Positions 11,854-23,221 of a stretch of DNA of 64,000 nucleotides are shown here, one piece after another; the first letter of the stretch is position 1; each line of letters opens with the position of its first letter. The notes under the pieces were generated by a model. The model did no database searches. It had not been told where the DNA came from and saw only the letters and a list, made by a program, of their open reading frames with translations. The stretch is from Mobula hypostoma (Eukaryota), in assembly GCF_963921235.1 (NCBI RefSeq), contig NC_086097.1, positions 95,358,001-95,422,000 of the forward strand, read 5' to 3'. The position numbers were made by a program, and so were the translations under genes.

Positions 11854-14756
11854 TGGCCTTTTCCTGATCTCATTTCCTATATTCCGGGATGTTTCTGATC
11901 GTGTCCACGATATCTTGAAGTGGGAAGGAGAACAGCCAGAGGTCGTGGTACATACTGGTACCAAGGACAAAAAGGAGGAGATCCTGAAAACAGACTACAG
12001 GGAGTTAGGAAAGAAGTTGAGAAGCAGGACCTCAAAGGTAGTAATCTCAGGTTGACTGCCTGTGCCACGTGACAGTGAGTATAGGAATAGAATAAGGTGG
12101 AGGATAAATGCATGGCTGAGGCATTGGGGCAGCAGGCAGGGATTCAGATTTCTGGATCATTGGGACCTCTTCTAGGGCAGGTGTGACCTGTACAAAAAAG
12201 ACGGGTTGCACTTGAATCCGAGGGAGACCAATATCCTGGCAGGAAGGTTTGCTAAGGCTATTGGGGAGAGTTTAAACTAGAATTGCTGGAGGGTGGGAAC
12301 TGAACTGAAGTGATGGAGGAAAGGGAGGTTGGCTAACAAATAGAGAAAGCTTGGAGACAGTGCGAAAGGGAGGATAGGCAGGTGACAGAGAAGGGACGCA
12401 CTCAGTCCGATGGTTTGAGATGTGTCTATTTTAATGCAAGGAGTATTATGAATAAAGCAGATGAACTTAGAGTGTGGATCAGCACTTGGAGCTATGATGT
12501 CGTGGCCATTACAGAGACTTGGGTAAAAATGGCTATTTCAAGTACCAGGCTATAGATGTTTCAGAAAGGATAAGGAGGGAGGCAAAAGAGGTGGGAGTGT
12601 GGCACTGCTGATCAGAGATAGTGTCATTGCAGCAGAAAAGGAGGAAGTCATGGAATGGTTGTCTACAGAGTCTCTGTGGGTGAAAGTTAGGAATAGGAAG
12701 GGGTCAATAACTCTACTGGGTGTTTTTTATGGACCACCCAATAGTAACAGGGACATCGAGGAGCAGACAGGGAGACAGATTCTGGAAAAGAGTAATAATA
12801 ACAGGGTTGTTGTGGTGGGAGATTTTAATTTCCCAAATATTGACTGGCATTTCCCTAGAGTGAGGGGTTGAGATGGGGTAGAGTTTGGTAGGTGTGTTCA
12901 GGAATATTTCATGACACAATATGTAGATAAGCCTACAAGAGGAGAGGCTGGACTTGATCTGGTATAGGGAAATGAACCTGGTCAGGTGTCAGGTCTCTCA
13001 GTGGGAGAGCATTTTGGAGATAATGATCATAATTTATTCTCCTTTACCATAGCACTGGAGAGGGATAGGAACAGACAAGTTAGGGAAATGTTTAATTGGA
13101 GTATGGAGAAATATGAGGCTATAAGGCAGGAATTTGGAAACATAAATTGGTAACAGATGTTCTCAGGGAAACAAACGGAAGAAATGTGGTAAATGTTCAG
13201 GGGTTATTTGTGTGGGGTTCTGCGTAGGTACGTTCCAATGTGGCGGGGAAAGAATGGTAGGGTACAGGAACCGTGGTGTACAAAGACTGTTGTAAATCTA
13301 GTCAAGAAGAAAAGAAGAGTTTACAAAAGGTTCAAAAAACTAGGTAATGATAGGAATCTAGAAGATCATAAGGCTAGCAGGAAGGAGCATAAAAATGAAA
13401 TTCGGAGAACCAGAAGGGGCCATGAGAAGGCCTCGGCGGACAGGATTAAGGAAAACCACAAGGCATTCTACAAGTATGTGAAGAGCAAGAGGATAAGACA
13501 AGACAGAATAGGACCAATTAAGTGTGACAGTGGAAAAGTGTGTATGGACCCGGAGGAAATAGCGGAGGTACTTAATGAATACTTTGCTTCAGTATTCACT
13601 ACAGAAAAGGATCTTGATGATTGCAGGGAAGACTTGCAGTGGACTGAAAAGCTTAGTCATGTAGATATTAAGGAAGAGGATGTGCTGGAGCTTTTGGAAA
13701 GCACCAAGTTGGATAAGTCACTGGGACCGGACGGGATATACCCCAGGATACTGTGGGAAGCGAGGGAGGAGATTGCTGAGTCTCTGGCAATGATCTTTGC
13801 ATCATCAATGAGGACAGGAGAGGTTCTGGAGGATTGGAGGAATGAGGATGTTGTTCCCTTACTCAAGAAAGGGAGTAGAGATAGACCAGGAAATTATAAG
13901 CCAGTGAGTCTTACTTCAGTGGTCAGTAAGTTGATAGAGAAGATCCTGAGAGGAAGGATTTATGAACATTTGGAGAGGCATAATATGATTAGGAATAGTC
14001 AGCATGGCTTTGTCAAAAGCAGGTCATGCCTTACGAGCCTGATTGCATTTTTTGAGGATGTGACTAAGCACATTGATGAAGGTAGAGCCATAGATGTAGT
14101 GTATATGGATTTCAGCAAGGCATTTGATAAGGTACCCCATGCAAGGCTTATTGAGAAAGTAAGGTGGCAGGGGATCCAAGGGGACATTGCTTTGTGGACC
14201 CAGAACTGGCTTGCCCACAGAAGGCAAAGAGTGGTTGTAGATGGGTCATATTCTGCATGAAGGTCGGTGACCAGTGGTGTACCTCAGGGATCTGTTCTGG
14301 GACACCCTACTCTTTGTGATTTTTATAAATGACCTGGATGAGGAAGTGGAGGGATGGGTTAGTAAATTTGCTGATGACACAAAGTGGAGGGATGGGGGTG
14401 TTGTGGATAGTGTGGAGGGCTGTCAGAGGTCACAACAGGACATTGATAGGATGCAAAACTGGGCTGAGAAGTGGCAGACGGAGTTCAATCTAGTTAAGTG
14501 TCAGGTGGTTCATTTTGGTAGGTCAAATATGATGGCAGAATATAGTATTAGTGGTAAGACTCTTGGCAGCGTGGAGAATCAGAGGGATCTTGGGGTCCGA
14601 GTCCATAGGACACTCAAAGCTGCCACGCAGGTTGACTCTGTGGTTAAGAAGGCATACAGTGCATTGGCCTTCTTCAATTGTGGGATTGAGTTTAAGAGCT
14701 GAGAGGTAATGTTGCAGCTATATAGGATCCTGGTCAGACACCACTTGGAATACTGT

Positions 14757-14975
14757 CAAGCAACACACATCAAAGTTGCTGGTGAACGCAGCAGGCAGCA
14801 TCTGTAGGAAGAGGTGCAGTCGACGTATCAGGCCGAGACCCTTCGTCCTGACGAAGGGGCTCGGCCTGAAACGTCGACTGCACCTCTTCCTACAGATGCT
14901 GCCTGGCCTGCTGCGTTCACCAGCAACTTTGATGTGTGTTGCTTGAATTTCCAGCGTCTGCAGAATTCCTGTTGT
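14757..14975. mobile_element. Mini fold-back Penelope terminal-repeat insertion inside CR1 ORF2
   Basis: Two inverted copies of the hammerhead-bearing end joined at cttcgtc|ctgacgaag; perfect 12-bp TSD ttggaatactgt (14745-14756, 14976-14987). Confidence 0.92.
14845..14880 (+). ncRNA. Minimal type-I hammerhead ribozyme motif
   Basis: gtc-CTGACGA-agg/cct stem II-GAAA-cGTC-gac; core intact, stem I only 3 bp here. Confidence 0.65.
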
Positions 14976-15999
14976 TTGGAATACTGTGCTCAATTCTGGT
15001 CACCTCAGTACAGGAAGGACATGGAAACCATAGAAAGTGTGCAGAGGAGATTTACTGGGGTGTTGCCTGGATTGGGGAGCATGCCTTATGAGAATAGGTT
15101 GAGTGAACTCGGCCTTTTCTCCTTGGAGTGATGGAGGATGAGAGGTGACCTGATAGAGGTGTACAAGATGATGAGAGGCATTGATTGTGTGGATAGTCAG
15201 AGTCTTTTTCTGAGGGCTGTAATGGCTAGCACAAGACGGCATAGTTTTAAGGTGCTTGGAAGTAGGTATAGAGGAGATGTCAGGGGTAAGTTCTTTTACA
15301 CAGAGAGTGGTGAGTGCGTGGAATGGGCTGCCGGCGGCGGCAGTGGAGGCAGAAACGATAGGGGTCTTTTAAGAAACTCCTGGATGGCTACATGGGGCTT
15401 AGAAAAATAGAGGGCTATGGGTAAAGCCTAGGTAGTTCTAAGGTAGGGCCATGTACAGCACAGTTTCGTCGGCCGAAGGGCCTATATTGTGCTGTAGTTT
15501 TTCTATGTTTCTATGCAAAGAAAACTTTTCTTTGGAATTTATTCATCCTTCCATGTTCTGAACTTGCTGACACAATAAAGCAGGTTGTTGATGGGCTGAG
15601 CAAAGGCTTGAACATATATCTCTCCACCCAATCAAAAAAGGGTAAGAGAAAATAAAGAAAGGCAAACGAGGTGCAGCAGAATATTACCGAAGAAGGGGGA
15701 AGATCATGAGGTTGGCAGAGGGCTGGCTGGAGTTTATTGTTTGTCGGGAAGGGGCCAAAATGAGTTTCAGTGGGGGGGGGGGGTTGCAAGGATGAAAGTT
15801 ACTAATTTACTTATATATCCCAGTCCAGTACCTCAGACACATCCTTATTGCAAGGGTGACACGAACCATTCTGCTTCACGTAAATACCTTAGAATTATTC
15901 TTTTCCACTCCGGTAAAAATTGCTTTCTAGTTGTGCAAAGCTGAGAAAAAAATCTCTGTAATACAGAGCAAAGATATTAAGCAATAAGAATCAATGTCT

Positions 16000-16590
16000 T
16001 GCCCCATCGAAACCAGGAAATATTCCTGTTTCTGCTCAATGTATGATAGCCTTTTCAACTTTATTGGCTAGGAGAGCCATTTTACTGAAGAGGAAGGATT
16101 GTAATCCACCTACTGTCTTTTATTGGCTTTCCTCCATTATGTCCTGTTTAAGTTTGGAGAAAATAAGAAGTCAGACATTCGATACATCCTTTAAATTTGA
16201 GCAAATTAGGCGACCTTTTATTCAATATTTTCATTTGATTAGATTTATTACTCTTCTAATTTTTTTTCGAAGTTTTAGATTTGATCAGAAAGTCTTTCTT
16301 TTTTTTTTCTAGTCGTATCCTCAGAATGGACTGCCCAGTCCCCTTTTTTTGTATAGTGTAGTGGGGTTTTTTTTATTCATTTAAAATTCAAAGTTTTTTC
16401 TTTCTTTTTCATGAACTAATAAGAGGAGAATTGCTATTTCCTTTTTTATTATATATTATACACAAGCTTAACACTATGTATGATTTTAATGATGTCTATT
16501 TCAATCTCTGTATTGTTACTGATTATATATATATTTGAGATAATTCTCCTTTGTATTTATGTTCCTTTTAAATCAGTAAGAAGATTAATA
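16000..16590 (+). mobile_element. 5'-truncated L1 LINE (ORF2 C-terminus + T-rich 3' UTR)
   Basis: MIAFSTLLARRAILLK.KDCNPPT..WLSSIMSCLSLEKIR...RPFIQYF is a fish-type L1 ORF2 C-terminus; 14-bp TSD with one mismatch aagaatcaat(g/a)tct at 15986-15999 and 16591-16604. Confidence 0.8.
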
Positions 16591-18155
16591 AAGAATCAAT
16601 ATCTCCAAATTAAAATACCATCTACATTAATCAGAACATAAGATGTATTTTACGTAGAATTTATGCTACTAGTGCCCACTTTGCAAGTTTGACTCAAAAA
16701 CAACCGCCACATTACTTAGTAGCTGGCATGAAGGAGGGAAAACTAAGGGATCCAAAGTGTGTGAATTAGGAGCAGAAAATAAAAGAATGTCTGAACTGTC
16801 ACAAAGTGGAAAATTAACTTATTTTCCCATGAGTGTGCAGTACTTTAAAATGGGGTGAAGAAAGTGGAAGACAAAAAGAAACACAACACAAGTTGAGGAT
16901 TAGTTCACACAACACTCTGCAGAGCAGGTAATAAAAGATATTAATCTGGAGTAAAGGGGAGAAAGCTGAATTTTTCCTTCCAGTTTTCATGAGCAAACAA
17001 ACTGTTTGAAGCGAGCTCAGCAGAGGTCACTAATGATTTAGATCCCCAGACCAAGTTAGCCAAGCTGTTCTAAACTCATTTCAAGGCTCAAGTGAAACAA
17101 TGCTGGAAGGTTGGAGGGCAAATTTTCAGGAACAATAATTAGTCTGTCTGCCTCCCATTAGTACCAGTCATTCCTGATTCCAGTTTTGCTTTAGGGCCAG
17201 TCATGGCGACGATGGATCATAAATGTACAGCTCTCAGCATTCATCTCCACTCTATTCTAACTAATAGCCTTTCATGTGGGCTGTTTATGCCTTCAACTGT
17301 TTACAAGTCAAAGGATCTGCTTCTGGGGATTTGTGAAGTTTCTTAGCTCAGACTTGCTGCTCGTAGGGTGGGTGGCGGGGCACTTAACAGTGATATCCCT
17401 GCAGTTAGTAGGGGCTCTACCACATTCTGATAAGGTCCTAATCTTAATTGATGTTCAATGGGCTGCCAAACACAAAACCAGGAATAAACACTATACATTC
17501 TGATCAGGTACCTGTTGTGACAAGCAGCCACAAGGCATTTGTTAAAAAGACCGTCATGAAATCAACACTTTTCCCATTAGAACACAACAAAATCTGTGTT
17601 GCATCAAACCTACTCTACCACTGTGAGTTTCACTGTAGCAAAGTTTCTCCAAGTGCTTCACAGGAGTGTTATCAAGTACAAGTTTGAAACCCAGGCACAT
17701 AATCAAGTATATCACAAATAAGAGTAGCCCTAATATTTCACAGAATGCTGGCAGATTCATGTGGAACCCCACAACTCCAGAAAAGTTGTGTATTTCCCAC
17801 TTGTGATCCAATGTTCGATGCTTTATACAGTCCATCAGTGGAGGGTGAATTTCTACAATTCCTTAGCACTTACACCAGGAAATCTGCTCAATAGACCTGC
17901 ATCAAATTAGATCTAGGACAGTCCATCACGGGTAAGGCCCTCCCCACCATTGAGCACATCTACACAGGAAAACGGAATCTATCATTAGGGACCACCACCA
18001 TCTAGGACAGGCTCTATTCTCACTCAAGGAGAAGGTACAGAAGCCTCAGAACTCACACCACCAGGTTCAGGAACAGTTATTACCTCTCAACCATCAGGCT
18101 CTTGAACCAGAGGGGATAACGTCACTTGCCCCATCACTGAACTGTTCCTACAACT

Positions 18156-18844
18156 GGAATTCTGCAGATGCTGGAAATTCAAGCAACACACAGAAAAGTT
18201 GCTGGTGAACGCAGCAGGCCAGGCAGCATCTCTAGGAAGAGGTGCAGTCGACGTTTCAGGCCGAGATCCTTCGTCAGAACTAACTGAAGGAAGAGCGAGT
18301 AAGGGATTTGAAAGTTGGAGGGGGAGGGGGAGATCCAAAATGATAGGAGAAGACAGGAGGGGGAGGGATGGAGCCAAGAGCTGGACAGGTGATAGGCAAA
18401 AGGGATACGAGAGGATCGTGGGACAGGAGGTCCGGGAAGAAAGACAAGGAGGTGGGGGGGGGGACCCAGAGGATGGGCAAGGGGTATATTCAGAGGGACA
18501 GAGGGAGAAAAAGGAGAGTGAGAGAAAGAATGTGTGTATAAAAATAATTAACAGATGGGGTACGAGGGGGAGGTGGGGCATTAGTGGAAGTTAGAGAAGT
18601 CGATGTTCATGCCATCAGGTTGGAGGCTACCCAGACGGAATATAAGGTGTTGTTCCTCCAACCTGAGTGTGGCTTCATCTCTCCTATCATTTTGGATCTC
18701 CCCCTCCCCCTCCAACTTTCAAATCCCTTACTCACTCTTCCTTCAGTTAGTCCTTACGAAGGGTCTCGGCCTGAAACGTCGACTGCACCTCTTCCTAGAG
18801 ATGCTGCCTGGCCTGCTGCGTTCACTAGCAACTTTTATGTGTGT
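18156..18844. mobile_element. Inverted (fold-back) Penelope-like insertion
   Basis: Minus arm 18156-18680 (end of GIY-YIG + full terminal repeat) joined to plus arm 18681-18844; 13-bp TSD tgttcctacaact (18143-18155, 18845-18857). Confidence 0.92.
18246..18281 (-). ncRNA. Minimal type-I hammerhead ribozyme motif
   Basis: Reverse complement agtt-CTGACGA-agg atctcgg cct-GAAA-cGTC-gact; intact core with GUC triplet. Confidence 0.7.
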
Positions 18845-20929
18845 TGTTCCTACAACTATAGACTCACTTTCAAAGATTCTTCATCTTATGTTCTCAATAA
18901 TTATTGCTTATCTATTTATTATTATTATTAGTTCTTTCTTTCTTTCTTTTTGTTTTTGCAGATATTGTTGTCTTCTGCTCACTGGTTGCCCACCTTGTTG
19001 GTGCGATCTTTCACTGATTCTATTATGGTTAATGGATTTATTGAGTATACCCACAAGACAATGAATCTCAGTTGTATATAGTGAGGTATACGCATGTACT
19101 TTGATAATAAATTTACTTTGAACTTTGCAAAACATAAAAAACTGTGGATGCGGGAAATCTAAAGCAAAGACAGAATACTGTGGAAATACTAGTAGGTCAC
19201 GCTACATCTGTGGGAGAAGTAGTTTATTTCCAGCATTTTCTATATCTAGTGTGGGGTCCATGAGTCCACTAATAAGAATGAAGACGAATAAAGTGATTAG
19301 AGTAAAGTAATAAAGTAAGAAGAGTGAAGCATCTACCACTTTCTAATTTATTGGCTTAATTAAAATGTTTTAATAGGTTTTACATATTTTTCACTGTGTT
19401 TAAATGTATTTTCAAACTTTTAAATCTTTATAGAATATTAAATTTGCACTAGATTTTGACTGTCAATAAAAATCAGATTCTTCAAAAGCATTAGTTTTTT
19501 CAGCAGTTGATTCAGATTAATCACCAACCAAAATATTTCAATAGAATGTACATTTTATGGTTGTGCCAGGCTTTGCTAGTCACATAGTTCATTCCTAGGG
19601 ACCCAATCAAGACTAATATGGGTTCTAACACATCACACTCAGCAGAACCCTTGAGGCATTCAGGTGGGTAAATCAAAGCTTGCTCTAAAGGAAGTTGTAA
19701 GAACTTACTTGGTGGAGAATTAAAGAGGGACTTTAAAAGATTAAGGTTAAGGTAGGTAAAGGCATTGCCTCCAAAAGTCCAGTGATTACAAAGGGAAGTA
19801 AAAGAGACTGGAATTGGACATATGTAGAGTTCAAGAACTACAGGGGGAGACAAGATCACAGAAGGATGGACAAGCTTGTTATTAAACTGAGGTGTTGTCA
19901 AAGTAGGTCGACAAGGAAAGGTATGGCATAAGTAGGATGAAACAAGTTATGATACAGATAGCAATAGTTTAGATGTTCAGGTTAATAGAGGGTACAAGGT
20001 GTTAGTCTGACTCAAGACAATGGTTCTAAATTTTCTGATAGTTAATTGAAAATAATATCCAACAGAAGAATGTGAAAATAGTTTTCAGAGCATTTCATAA
20101 TTCAATCTATTTATTGTATTTGTTACCATTCATTGAACTAGAGACCTACTAGAGCATCTAACGCATTGCAAGTTTATGGCTCATTCAAGCAGCAACCTGC
20201 CCTCGCTACCCTCATTAAACTACTTTGAAAAATGAACCAGCTTATGAACCTAGATGCTTCGTGCTCCAACATTTCACAAATTAGTCATTGATCCTGGTCT
20301 GTTGGAGGCACAAGGGATTGAGACTTATATCTTTTGAAGAAAAAGTCAATTGCGGTATCACTTGAATGTTGTTTCTTAACCATTACTGGGTCTGAATCCT
20401 TGAACTCTCACCTCACCTAAACTGCACTGTAGGAAATGTAACTACAGTGGCTCAAGTAGGTAGTTCACTACCCATCTTCTCAAGATCTATTAGAGATCAA
20501 CAATCTCTAAAGCAGTTCTCTTGTGAATGATCTCAGCTACAATACTGCCATCATTACAACTTGGAAGCCATTAATTATAGATGTTTTGTATACTTGTTTT
20601 ACCTCATACAAGAAGAAAGATTGTAGCTTTACAGAGAACTAAGTTTCTTCCATGGTGTGCACATCAAAATAAATCACAGCATCTGTGATTAAATAGCCTA
20701 TAACAACAAGACAATGTTTACCACTATTAACTGACAGATTAAATACTCCAGATACAAAATTTGTAATGTTATTCCTTATGCCAAATTTATAATCATACCT
20801 ATTGTTTCCACTGCCTTAATAGCATCCCTTGCTTTCAGCACATCCTTTCTTTCCACTTCATTTCAGACTCATTATTAGAGAATTAAAAATAGTTCCTTTC
20901 ATTCCCAGAGGATTAGATTGCAGTCCTGT

Positions 20930-21275
20930 TTCAAAGTTCAAAGTAAATATATTATCAAAATTCATATACATCACCGAGATACATTTTCTCGCAGGCATTC
21001 ACAGTAAATACAAAGAAACACAATAGAATCAATGAAAAACTGCACATCAACAAAGACAAACAACCAGTATGCAAAAGACAATAAATTGCGCAAATACAAA
21101 AAGAAAAAAAGCAAAATAACAAATGATTATTATTTGAAGGGTAGTAACTGTTCCTGAACCTGGTGGTGTAGGACCTAAGACTCCTGTAACTCCTTCCTAA
21201 TGGAGGCAGCGAGAACAGAACATGCACCGGACAGTGGTGAGGGGTGGGGTGGGGGGGGGCGGAATCTTTGATGAT
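20930..21275 (-). mobile_element. Rex1/Babar 3' end
   Basis: Minus strand LFSLPPLGRSYRSLRSYTTRFRNSYYP; tail reads ttcaaagttcaaagtaaat on the plus strand. Confidence 0.8.
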
Positions 21276-21279
21276 GGAA

Positions 21280-23220
21280 GGACTACATTCCGATCATTTA
21301 GGAGTGTTCACAATAAAACGCTTGCTCGAAGCTTTGTCTGATAGCTTGGGATGAATCAGCGGATTGAGCAGCTTGCTATTCCCTCTTTAGGATGCCAACA
21401 CAGCCAGAAGGTGCCGAGAGCAGCACCTATCCATCCCTGGGAATGGCACAGGATTCATGGGGATTTTCCAAACCATATATGGGCACAAATTTCTTGGTAG
21501 TGCATCCAGCTACCAAGTGCCAGAAGTGGTCCTAATGTCCTCCACTACAGCCTCGCACACAGTTGATGCGTTGAGAAGCCTCTTCTAAAAGACTGGCGTT
21601 CCAGAACACTTAGTCACTGATAATAGACTAGTTTGCTGCGAACAGTTTCAGTCATTACTGAAAATCTGCACCATACCACCAAGCTACATATGGCTTGGTG
21701 GAAAGGTTTGTCTATAATCTAAAGAATGCACTGTGAGCATTGTCAGCAAAATATATTATACTGACACCGAATCAGAAGCTCACCAATTTCCTCCTTACAT
21801 ATTGCAATGCAGCACACTCCACATCCAACAACTCACCAGCTTTGCTGTTCCTGAGTCATCCCTTGCGCTCACGCTTCGACCTCCTCAAACCCAATCTCAG
21901 AGGGAGTATGTATAAGTTCAAAGTAAAACTTATTACCAGAGTACATACAAGTCACCTCATGCAATCCTGAGATTCTCCTCCCTGCAAGATACACAGCAAA
22001 TCTATAGAACAGTAACTGTAAACAGGATCAATGAAAAAGCAAGAGCATAGAAGACAACAAACTATTGAAATGCAACGATAAATAAATAGCAATAAATAAT
22101 GAGAGCATGAAATAACAAAATAAAGAGTCCTTAAAGGGAGATCATTGGTTATGGAAACATCTGTATAGATGAGTATAATTATCTTCTTTTGTTCAAGAGC
22201 CTGATGGTTGAGGGATAGTTACTGTTCTTGAACCTGGCAGTGTGAATCCTGAGGCACTCGTACAATGGTTGGGACATTATGTACTGGGCTGAACCCACCA
22301 CCTTTTGCAGGATTTTCCATTCAAAGGCATTGGTGTTCCCATAGCAGGTGTAATACAGCCAGTTAATACACTTTCCACTACACATCTGTAGAGATTTATC
22401 AAGGTTTTCGATGTCATGCTATATCTCTGCAGACTCCTAAGGAAGTAGAGGTGCTGTCATGCTTTCTTTGCAATAACATTTATATGATAGGTCTAGGACA
22501 GGTCCTCTGAGATAGTAACACCAGGAAATCAAAATTACTGACCCTCTCCACCTCTGATCCTCCAATGAGAGCTGGCTCATGGACCTCTGGTTTCCCTCTT
22601 CTGGTCTACAATTAGCTCCTTGGTCTTGCTGACATTGAGTGAGAGGTTGTTATGATACCACTCAGCCAAATTTTCAATCTCCCTCCTGTAGGCTGATTCA
22701 TCACCACCTTTAATATGGCCCATAACAGTGGTATCATCAGCAAACTTAAGTATGGACTTAGAGCTGTACTTAGCCAGACAGCTAAGTACATGTGGGACAA
22801 ACAGCTGAGACAAATTTAGGGCTCCTCAAACAAAGAGGTTCGATGTTTCACTCCTGCACAAGCAATCCTGATGAGGGACTACAGAGATGTTCAAAAGTGG
22901 GTACTTGGAAAGATTAGGGACAGAACTGGACCACTCTCCTACACAGTGAAAATTGCATCTGATGTCATTTGAAGATGACACATCAATCAGTTGAGGACAG
23001 CAGATTCAATTGTGAGAGAAGAAAGCTGTCCAGAGCTGTCAGAATCACCTCCTGCAGTTGCAAAGTCAACTCCTACAACCGTGGAGGAGGCTCTAGAACC
23101 TGATAGTGTGTCATAAGGGCCAAGCAGAGTGATTCCCATACACCCCCCCCCACACCAACTCCCTTGTCAGGAAAGACATTATCCCACAAGAGTAAGAAAT
23201 CCTCCACAGCAATTAAAAAG
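21280..23220 (+). mobile_element. Gypsy/Ty3 LTR-retrotransposon integrase relic (no LTR seen), split by a Rex insertion
   Basis: LHSDHLG...LARSFV (zinc-binding region), APIHPWEW, RIH.DF, GVPEHLVTDN, SAPYHQATYGLVERFV, LRSRFDLLKP; resumes ~22795 and ends CQERHYPTRVRNPPQQL. Confidence 0.85.
21912..22790 (-). mobile_element. Rex1/Babar 3' fragment nested in the Gypsy relic
   Basis: Minus strand AKYSSKSILKFADDTTVMG...LNVSKTKELIVD and WYG-type C-terminal motifs. Confidence 0.85.
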
Positions 23221-23221
23221 T

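Larger units (their letters stand above)
12410..15410 (+). pseudogene. Disrupted CR1 ORF2 (endonuclease-reverse transcriptase)
   Basis: Split across ORFs 12599-12871, 13193-14260, 14274-14702 and 15138-15410 by stops, frameshifts and a 219-bp insertion. Confidence 0.9.
11883..15515 (+). mobile_element. Near full-length CR1 LINE (3' part of esterase-type ORF1, APE endonuclease + RT ORF2, 3' tail)
   Basis: ORF1 HDILKWEGEQPEVVVHTGT; APE motifs YFNARSI, AITETW, VVGDFNFPNIDW; RT ORF 13193-14260 (PVSLTS, QHGF, YMDFSKAFDKVPH) and SKFADDTK; (ttctatg)2 tail at 15501-15515. Confidence 0.95.
17915..19125 (+). mobile_element. Rex1/Babar LINE 3' fragment interrupted by a Penelope-like element
   Basis: SITGKALPTIEHIY...RTHTTRFRNSYYLSTIRLLN; 3' UTR ends aataaatttactttgaactttg. 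Confidence 0.85.

Noticed and set aside
13193..14260. 355-aa ORF as a functional gene
   Set aside because: Internal piece of CR1 ORF2 bounded by premature stops; the catalytic FADD motif lies in a separate frameshifted ORF.
14757..14975. Palindrome as a DNA-transposon MITE or miRNA precursor
   Set aside because: The arms are Penelope terminal-repeat sequence, the ends are asymmetric, and TSD length varies (12-16 bp) among related inserts, unlike cut-and-paste elements.
21280..23220. Gypsy integrase as an intact provirus or domesticated gene
   Set aside because: Multiple stops and deletions, a nested LINE, and no LTRs, gag or RT nearby.
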